This document shows positions 16,664 through 22,938 of a DNA stretch of 22,938 bases, piece by piece. The position numbers were made by a program, and so were the translations under genes. Within the stretch, counting starts at the first letter, position 1; each line of letters starts with the position of its first letter. The notes below the pieces were generated by a model. It saw nothing but the letters and a program-made list of their open reading frames with translations. It had not been told where the DNA came from and did no database searches. Origin of the DNA: Planctomycetota bacterium (GTDB lineage: Bacteria; Planctomycetota; Phycisphaerae; Sedimentisphaerales; Anaerohalosphaeraceae); assembly GCA_003644215.1 (NCBI GenBank), contig QNBU01000002.1:1-22938 (forward strand). Direction: 5' to 3'.

Positions 16664-19600
16664 ATGGTAGAATCAATTTACGATCGCATAAATGATTACG
16701 GTTCAGTGAGAATTACACTGGCGAGTCCAAATGATATTCGGAGTTGGTCTTTTGGCGAGGTACGCAAGCCGGAAACGATTAACTATCGAACCTATCGGCC
16801 GGAAAAAGACGGACTGTTCTGTGAACGCATTTTTGGCCCCGAACGGGACTGGGAATGTTCCTGCGGCAAGTATAAAGGGACCAAGTTTAAAGGCATCGTC
16901 TGTGATCGTTGCGGCGTTAAGGTAACACACAGCCGGGTTCGCCGCAAGCGAATGGGGCATATCAACTTAGCTGCGCCCGTGGTGCATATTTGGTTTTTTA
17001 AGGCGTTGCCCAGTCGTCTCAGCACGCTGCTGGGGATGAAAACCTCGGATATTGAAAAGATTGTTTATTTTCAGGATTATGTGGTTACCGACGCCGGCCA
17101 GAGTCCTCTAAAGCCCCGGCAGCTTTTGACCGAAGACGAGTACCGCAATGCCCAGAATAAATACGGCAACTGCTTCAAGGCGTCCATGGGTGCTGAAGCG
17201 ATTAAAGAGTTATTGGATAAACTGGACCTGGACGAACTTGCTGTTGAGCTGCGGCAGGGAATTAACGAGACCAAAAGCAAGCAGAAGATCAAAGATCTGA
17301 CCAAGCGGCTTAAAATTGTCAATGCGATCCGATCCAGTGAAAACAAACCGGAATGGATGATTATGGATGTCGCTCCGGTGATTCCTCCGGATTTGCGACC
17401 GTTGGTCATGCTTGAAAGCGGCAACTTCGCGACCAGTGATCTGAACGATTTGTATCGCCGGATCATCAACCGGAATAACCGTCTTAAAAAACTGATTGAT
17501 CTGAATGCGCCGGAAGTCATTATCCGCAACGAAAAACGGATGTTGCAGCAGGCGGTCGATTCATTGCTGGACAACAGCCGCTGTCGCCGTCCGGTACTGG
17601 GCAGCAACAACCGTCCGCTTAAATCGCTGACGGATATGATTAAGGGTAAACAGGGTCGCTTCCGTGAAAATCTGCTTGGAAAACGAGTGGACTATTCGGC
17701 TCGGTCCGTTATCGTGGTGGGTCCCAGTTTGAAACTGAATCAGTGCGGTCTGCCCAAGAAAATCGCTCTGGAACTGTTCCAGCCGTTTATCATTCGCAAA
17801 CTCAAGGACCGCGGCTTAGCTGATACGATCAAAAGTGCTAAGCGGATGCTCGAGAGGCGAGAAGAGCATGTCTGGGATATTCTGGAAGAGGTGATTCATC
17901 AGCATCCTGTGATGCTCAACCGTGCGCCGACGCTTCATCGAATGGGTATTCAGGCATTCGAGCCGGTGCTGATTGAAGGCAATGCCATTTTACTGCACCC
18001 CCTGGTGTGCGGCGGTTTTAACGCTGACTTTGATGGTGACCAGATGGCGGTTCACCTGCCGCTGAGTATTGAGGCCCAGGTTGAGGCCCATACGCTGATT
18101 TTGGCGACGAATAACATTTTTGCACCGTCCAGTGGCGCTCCGATGTTGAGTCCTTCGCAGGACATTGTGCTTGGTAACTTTTATATTACGCATATGTTAG
18201 AGGACAAGAAGGGCGAAGGGATGCTCTTCCGAGATCCTATTGAGGCCATCACCGCGATGGATATGGGCAAAGTCGATATCCAGGCAAAAGTTAAGGTGCG
18301 TTTGCCGGAAGGAAAGGTCTCTCGAAACACTGATGGGGATGAAAAAGGTCATGTGGTCGAAACGACTCCGGGGCGGTGTTTGTTTAACGACATTCTGTCG
18401 GAGAAAATGCCGTTTTACAACATAACAATGGGTAAAAAGCAGCTCGGCACGGTGATTCATGATTGCTTTGAGCTGTGCGGCAGCAGTGAAACGATTGATC
18501 TGCTGGATAATATTAAAGAACTTGGCTTTAAGCGAGCGGCCCTCGCAGGCATCAGTTTTGGTCTGACGGATATGCGAATCCCGGATGAAAAGCTCGGGAT
18601 CATTGATAAGACTCAAAAGCGTGTCGATAAGATCATGAAGAATTACCACAACGGCATTCTGACCGAGGGCGAACGCTACAACCAGATTATTGACGCCTGG
18701 ACACACGCTCGTGTGGAAGTAACCAACGCGATGATGGATACGATGAAGAATGATACCCGCGACGGCAAGCCGTATTTGAACCCGATCTGGGTGATGCGTC
18801 ATTCGGGTGCCCGTGGCAGTATCGACCAGATTCAGCAGCTTGCCGGAATGCGTGCGTTGATGGCTAAGCCCAGTGGCGAGGTTATGGAAACGCCGATTTT
18901 GTCGAATTTCCGTGAGGGTCTCAATGTGTTGGAATACTTTACTTCGACACACGGCGCCCGTAAGGGATTGGCCGATACCGCTTTGAAGACAGCGGACTCC
19001 GGTTATCTAACGCGAAAGCTGGCCGATGTGGCCCAAAATGTTATGGTCAGTCATATCGACTGCGGAACCTTGCAGGGGATTACCAAGACGACGGTTTATA
19101 AAGGCGAGGCGATTGATATTCCGCTGAAGCAGTTAATTGTTGGCCGTACGGCTCGCGACAATGTTCGCAACCTGATGACCGATGAAATGATCGTCCGTGA
19201 AAATGAGGTTATTACGACGGAAGCGGCGGATAAAATCGAACAAATGGGTCTGGATGCTATTCGCGTTCGCAGCCCGCTGACCTGTGAAAGCGACACGGGT
19301 ATTTGCGCAAAATGCTATGGTTGGGATTTGAGTACCAGTCGGATGGTTGAAGAAGGAATGGCCGTCGGTATCATTGGCGCCCAGTCGATTGGCGAACCGG
19401 GTACACAGTTGACGATGCGGACATTCCACACCGGTGGTATCGCCTCGGTTTCACTGATTGAGACCGACCAGAAAGCGCCTCGTGATGGTAAGGTTAAATA
19501 CATCGACCTGAATGTTGTTGAGGCGGACTATGATGGCAAGATTCAAATGATCTCATTACGCCGGAATGGTGAAATGGCGTTAGTCGATGACAAGGATCGC

Positions 19601-20932
19601 GAACTGACGCGATTTAAGGTGCCCTATGGCGGTCTAATGCAGGTCAAGGATGGCGGCAAGGTTAAGCGGGGCCAGACCTTGTATTCCTGGGATCCGCACC
19701 GTGTCCCGATTCTCGCCGAAGTCGCCGGTCTTGTTCGCCTGATGGATGTGGTCGAAGGCGAGACCATGCGAGTAGAAGAAGAACGAAAAGGCCAGAAAGG
19801 TAAGCCGGTTGTCATCGAACATAAGGGGGATAAACACCCGCAGGTTATGGTTGAGGATGCCGACGGTAAGATTCTGGATGTTCACTATCTGTCGGCCAAA
19901 GCTCGCATCGAAGTGGAAGAAGGCCAGGAAGTGGGTGCAGGTACACTATTGGCTCGCTTGCCGCGAGGTTCCGGCGGAACGCAGGATATTACCGGTGGTC
20001 TGCCGCGTGTAACGGAAATCTTTGAGGCCCGCAAGCCGAAAGAACCGGCGGCAATGGCTGAAATTTCCGGTATCGTGGAGCTGAAAAGTGATAAACGACG
20101 CGGGAAAATGACAATTATTGTCCGAAATGAAGAGACGGGCATGGAAAAGGATCACCATGTTCCACGGGATCGTCATTTGAACTATCATACCGGCGATCAT
20201 GTCGAGGCCGGGGACGCATTGACGGACGGCCCGCTGGTGCCGCATGATATTCTTCGTATTAAGGGCGAAGAGGCCTTGCAGCGATACTTGCTTCGTGAGG
20301 TCCAAAATGTCTATCGCGCTCAAAGCGTAACCATTAATGATAAGCATATTGAAGTGATTCTCTCTCAAATGATGAATAAGGTTGAGATCGAGAATGTCGG
20401 CGACGGTTCTTTCCTGCCGGGCGAAGTGGTTGATAAACTGGGATTCCGCCGGACTAATGCGAAACTGGCTCAGAGCTTAAAGATCAGTGATGCAGGCGAT
20501 ACAGACCTTCAGGTGGACCAATTGGCGACGAAGGAAGAGATTGAGGCGGCCAACGAAAAGGCGTCAATGTTGGGCGGAGCCGACGCCAAGGGCAAAAAAC
20601 CGCGTCCGGCTACAGCGAATACCCTGCTTTTGGGCATTACCAAGGCATCTTTGCAGTCTGACAGCTTCCTGTCGGCGGCAAGTTTTCAGGAAACAACAAA
20701 AGTCTTGACAGAGGCCTCCCTGTCCGGTATAAAAGATCCCTTACGCGGTCTCAAGGAAAATATCATCCTTGGACACTTGATTCCGGCTGGTACAGCATTT
20801 AAGCCGTATCTGGATATGAAAGTGAAACATTTGGCTGAGGCGCCGATTCCTAAGCAGCTTGAAGAGCTGCGAGAAGTCAAGGAAGCGGAGGCGGCTGCGG
20901 ATCAGGCCGTGAAAGCGGCCCTGGGGCTTTAA
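16664..20932 (+). CDS. rpoC: DNA-directed RNA polymerase subunit beta'
   Basis: Zn-finger CSCGKY...CDRCGV and the catalytic [12 protein letters not shown] are present. The trigger loop runs from MRTFHTGG (around 19421) to DITGGLPRV (around 19985) and is interrupted by an insertion of about 175 aa. That insertion is homologous to E. coli SI3 (KVPYGG...[14 protein letters not shown]). ATG 16664 lies 11 nt after GGAG. The TTG at 16658 (the ORF-track start) is an alternative. Confidence 0.97.
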   Translation: MVESIYDRINDYGSVRITLASPNDIRSWSFGEVRKPETINYRTYRPEKDGLFCERIFGPERDWECSCGKYKGTKFKGIVCDRCGVKVTHSRVRRKRMGHINLAAPVVHIWFFKALPSRLSTLLGMKTSDIEKIVYFQDYVVTDAGQSPLKPRQLLTEDEYRNAQNKYGNCFKASMGAEAIKELLDKLDLDELAVELRQGINETKSKQKIKDLTKRLKIVNAIRSSENKPEWMIMDVAPVIPPDLRPLVMLESGNFATSDLNDLYRRIINRNNRLKKLIDLNAPEVIIRNEKRMLQQAVDSLLDNSRCRRPVLGSNNRPLKSLTDMIKGKQGRFRENLLGKRVDYSARSVIVVGPSLKLNQCGLPKKIALELFQPFIIRKLKDRGLADTIKSAKRMLERREEHVWDILEEVIHQHPVMLNRAPTLHRMGIQAFEPVLIEGNAILLHPLVCGGFNADFDGDQMAVHLPLSIEAQVEAHTLILATNNIFAPSSGAPMLSPSQDIVLGNFYITHMLEDKKGEGMLFRDPIEAITAMDMGKVDIQAKVKVRLPEGKVSRNTDGDEKGHVVETTPGRCLFNDILSEKMPFYNITMGKKQLGTVIHDCFELCGSSETIDLLDNIKELGFKRAALAGISFGLTDMRIPDEKLGIIDKTQKRVDKIMKNYHNGILTEGERYNQIIDAWTHARVEVTNAMMDTMKNDTRDGKPYLNPIWVMRHSGARGSIDQIQQLAGMRALMAKPSGEVMETPILSNFREGLNVLEYFTSTHGARKGLADTALKTADSGYLTRKLADVAQNVMVSHIDCGTLQGITKTTVYKGEAIDIPLKQLIVGRTARDNVRNLMTDEMIVRENEVITTEAADKIEQMGLDAIRVRSPLTCESDTGICAKCYGWDLSTSRMVEEGMAVGIIGAQSIGEPGTQLTMRTFHTGGIASVSLIETDQKAPRDGKVKYIDLNVVEADYDGKIQMISLRRNGEMALVDDKDRELTRFKVPYGGLMQVKDGGKVKRGQTLYSWDPHRVPILAEVAGLVRLMDVVEGETMRVEEERKGQKGKPVVIEHKGDKHPQVMVEDADGKILDVHYLSAKARIEVEEGQEVGAGTLLARLPRGSGGTQDITGGLPRVTEIFEARKPKEPAAMAEISGIVELKSDKRRGKMTIIVRNEETGMEKDHHVPRDRHLNYHTGDHVEAGDALTDGPLVPHDILRIKGEEALQRYLLREVQNVYRAQSVTINDKHIEVILSQMMNKVEIENVGDGSFLPGEVVDKLGFRRTNAKLAQSLKISDAGDTDLQVDQLATKEEIEAANEKASMLGGADAKGKKPRPATANTLLLGITKASLQSDSFLSAASFQETTKVLTEASLSGIKDPLRGLKENIILGHLIPAGTAFKPYLDMKVKHLAEAPIPKQLEELREVKEAEAAADQAVKAALGL

Positions 20933-20975
20933 ATAGAGAGATGTAATCTTGTAATAGAAGTTATTTGGAGAAGTT

Positions 20976-21341
20976 ATGCCGACTATTAACCAGTTAGTGC
21001 GACAAGGTAGAAGTAAAAAAGGGAAAAAGCGCATATCGGATATTACCGGTTGTCCGCAGAAGCGGGGCGTGTGTCTGATTGTTCGGACTCAGACGCCGAA
21101 GAAGCCGAACTCCGCATTGCGTAAAATTGCCCGTGTTCGATTGACGAACGGTAAGGAGATCACTGCTTATATACCGGGCATTGACCATAATCTCCAGGAA
21201 CACAGCACCGTGACGGTTCGCGGCGGTCGTGTTCGCGACCTCCCCGGTGTTCGCTACCATGTTATTCGCGGTACGCTTGATACAGCCGGTACGGCAAATC
21301 GTAAACAAAGCCGCAGTAAATACGGCACTAAAAAATCATAA
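20976..21341 (+). CDS. rpsL: 30S ribosomal protein S12
   Basis: 121 aa. MPTINQL.R.GR, PQKRGVC and [16 protein letters not shown] are classic S12 motifs. GGAG SD at 20967-20970. Confidence 0.98.
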   Translation: MPTINQLVRQGRSKKGKKRISDITGCPQKRGVCLIVRTQTPKKPNSALRKIARVRLTNGKEITAYIPGIDHNLQEHSTVTVRGGRVRDLPGVRYHVIRGTLDTAGTANRKQSRSKYGTKKS

Positions 21342-21374
21342 CGAGAGAATAGAGAAGACCCTTAGGATAAACAG

Positions 21375-21848
21375 ATGGCAAAGAAATTTACAGCGTCAGC
21401 CCAACAATTAAAACCCGATGCCAAGTTTGACAGCAAATTGGTCTCCAAGTTTGTGAATTGCCTGATGTTGGACGGCAAAAAGAGTATTGCCCACAAGGTA
21501 TTCTATGAAGCGATGGACCAGATTGGTAAAAAAATCGACGATGCTCCTCCGCTGGAGGTCTTCGAGACGGCGATTGGCAATGTGAAACCACTGCTGGAAG
21601 TTCGCAGCAAGCGGGTTGGTGGTTCGACATATCAGGTTCCTATGCAGGTTAGGCCCAAGCGACAGCAGGCACTGGCGTTCCGCTGGATTCTTGCGGCGGC
21701 TCGCGGCAAAAAGGGCAAGCCCATGGCCTTGCGGCTGGCATCGGAGTTCATGGATGCGTACAAAAAAGAAGGTACGGCGATGACTACACGAGAAAATATT
21801 CATCGTATGGCAGAGGCCAATAAGGCGTTTGCCCACTTTGCCTGGTAA
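21375..21848 (+). CDS. rpsG: 30S ribosomal protein S7
   Basis: 157 aa. …[17 protein letters not shown]…NKAFAHF.W is the typical S7 core and C-terminus. Conserved position after rpsL. Confidence 0.97.
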   Translation: MAKKFTASAQQLKPDAKFDSKLVSKFVNCLMLDGKKSIAHKVFYEAMDQIGKKIDDAPPLEVFETAIGNVKPLLEVRSKRVGGSTYQVPMQVRPKRQQALAFRWILAAARGKKGKPMALRLASEFMDAYKKEGTAMTTRENIHRMAEANKAFAHFAW

Positions 21849-21863
21849 TTGATTTGTACTTTT

Positions 21864-21903
21864 ACTGCCACGGTTTTAGATAAGATCGTGGCAGTTTTTT
21901 TTT
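21864..21903 (+). terminator. Strong rho-independent terminator or attenuator between rpsG and fusA
   Basis: Stem CTGCCACG(21865-21872)/CGTGGCAG(21887-21894), 14-nt loop, then 9 consecutive T (21895-21903). It starts 16 nt after the rpsG stop. Confidence 0.7.
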
Positions 21904-21930
21904 GACATCATCGACGATGAACCTGAGATT
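21902..21930 (+). promoter_or_regulatory. Possible fusA promoter overlapping the terminator T-tract
   Basis: A perfect -35 TTGACA (21902-21907), a 17-nt spacer, and a weak -10 GAGATT (21925-21930). It lies about 22 nt upstream of the fusA ATG. The weak -10 and very short leader make this speculative. Confidence 0.2.
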
Positions 21931-21951
21931 CCATGCAGACAGGGATACCTT

Positions 21952-22938
21952 ATGGCAGCGGAACTGTCCAAAGTACGAAATATCGGCGTCATGGCCCATA
22001 TCGATGCGGGTAAGACAACCGTTACCGAGCGCATCCTCTATTTCAGCGGGATGACCTATAAAATCGGTGAAGTCCATGACGGAACTGCGGTTATGGATTT
22101 CATGCAGGAGGAGCAGGAACGCGGCATCACGATCACTTCGGCCGCGACGAAATGTCCTTGGAATGGTTACGATATCAACCTTATTGATACGCCGGGACAT
22201 GTTGATTTTACGGCGGAAGTCGAACGCTCTTTGCGGGTTTTAGATGGGGCGATAGCTGTTTTTGATGCTTCCGAGGGGGTTCAGGCGCAGAGCGAGACGG
22301 TTTGGCGACAGGGCCAGAAGTATCATATCCCGTGCCTGTGTTTCATTAATAAAATGGATAAAATCGGCGCTGATTTTGAGATGTCAGTTCATAGCATTCG
22401 CGATAAACTGCTGGCTCATCCGGTTCCGGTGCAGATTCCGATTGGCGCCGAAGCCGAGCTGAAAGGGCTTGTTGATTTACTGAAGATGAAAGCGTTTTTC
22501 TTTGCTCAGGAAGAAACCGCCGCAAGTTTTCGGGAAGAAGCAATCCCGGAGGAATTGCAAGAGAAGGCGGAATTCTATCGGCACGAAATGATTGAGGCGG
22601 CTGCTGAATATGATGAACAACTTATGGAGGCCTATGTTAATGACGCGCCATTGACCTCCGGCCAGATCATCAGCGGTCTTCGCAAGGGAACGCTGTTGGG
22701 TAAGTTGAATCCTGTTCTGGTGGGTTCGGCGCTGAAGAACACAGGGGTTCGCCATCTTCTGGATGCGGTTCCGTTGTTTCTGCCATCACCGCTGGAACGA
22801 CCTGCTGCCGTGGGTTTCAAGAAAGGAAAGCAGGACAAGCAGATCGAAGTCGTTTGTGATCCTGAAAAACCTTTTGTGGGGCTGGCGTTCAAAATTACCA
22901 GCGATAAGCATGGCGATTTGTATTTTATTCGGATCTAT
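21952..22938 (+). CDS. fusA: Translation elongation factor G (3'-truncated by the window edge)
   Basis: Frame 1 is open from ATG 21952 to the window end (329 codons). It is absent from the ORF track because it has no stop. [33 protein letters not shown]..., DTPGHVDF and INKMDK are the G1, G3 and G4 motifs of EF-G. AGGGA SD at 21941-21945. Confidence 0.93.
   Translation, partial: MAAELSKVRNIGVMAHIDAGKTTVTERILYFSGMTYKIGEVHDGTAVMDFMQEEQERGITITSAATKCPWNGYDINLIDTPGHVDFTAEVERSLRVLDGAIAVFDASEGVQAQSETVWRQGQKYHIPCLCFINKMDKIGADFEMSVHSIRDKLLAHPVPVQIPIGAEAELKGLVDLLKMKAFFFAQEETAASFREEAIPEELQEKAEFYRHEMIEAAAEYDEQLMEAYVNDAPLTSGQIISGLRKGTLLGKLNPVLVGSALKNTGVRHLLDAVPLFLPSPLERPAAVGFKKGKQDKQIEVVCDPEKPFVGLAFKITSDKHGDLYFIRIY

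Overview
This 22.9-kb window is a core housekeeping locus, and every protein gene is on the + strand. In order it holds: the 3' end of one radical-SAM/SPASM gene and a complete second one (AhbD/AhbC- or NirJ-like), glyA, a CspA-family cold-shock gene, tRNA-Leu(UAA) on the minus strand, and a 748-aa exported HEAT-repeat protein of unknown function. Then comes the classic translation/transcription supercluster: tRNA-Thr(GGU)-tuf-rpmG-tRNA-Trp(CCA)-secE-nusG-rplK-rplA-rplJ-rplL-rpoB-rpoC-rpsL-rpsG-fusA, with fusA running off the 3' edge. I found no CRISPR array, transposase or integrase, IS ends, toxin-antitoxin pair or recognisable defence gene, so I do not think a novel multi-gene system is present. 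The most unusual feature is an in-frame segment of about 0.6 kb (about 205 codons) inside rpoB. Its base composition and codon usage differ sharply from the rest of the gene, and I recognise no family for it. Secondary oddities are small non-coding elements: a shared heptad/TAG motif right after the rplK, rplJ and glyA stop codons; a 20-nt tandem repeat between nusG and rplK; a structured 154-nt rplJ-rplL spacer; a strong terminator between rpsG and fusA; and a triple hairpin cluster between the two radical-SAM genes. Taxonomy cannot be established without a search. Hand-counted 60-nt lines inside genes run at roughly 52-58% GC, and the beta' trigger-loop insertion fits a Gram-negative-type lineage. 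All coordinates, counts and alignments were made by eye from the sequence, and all homology statements are from memory of the protein families, not from searches.
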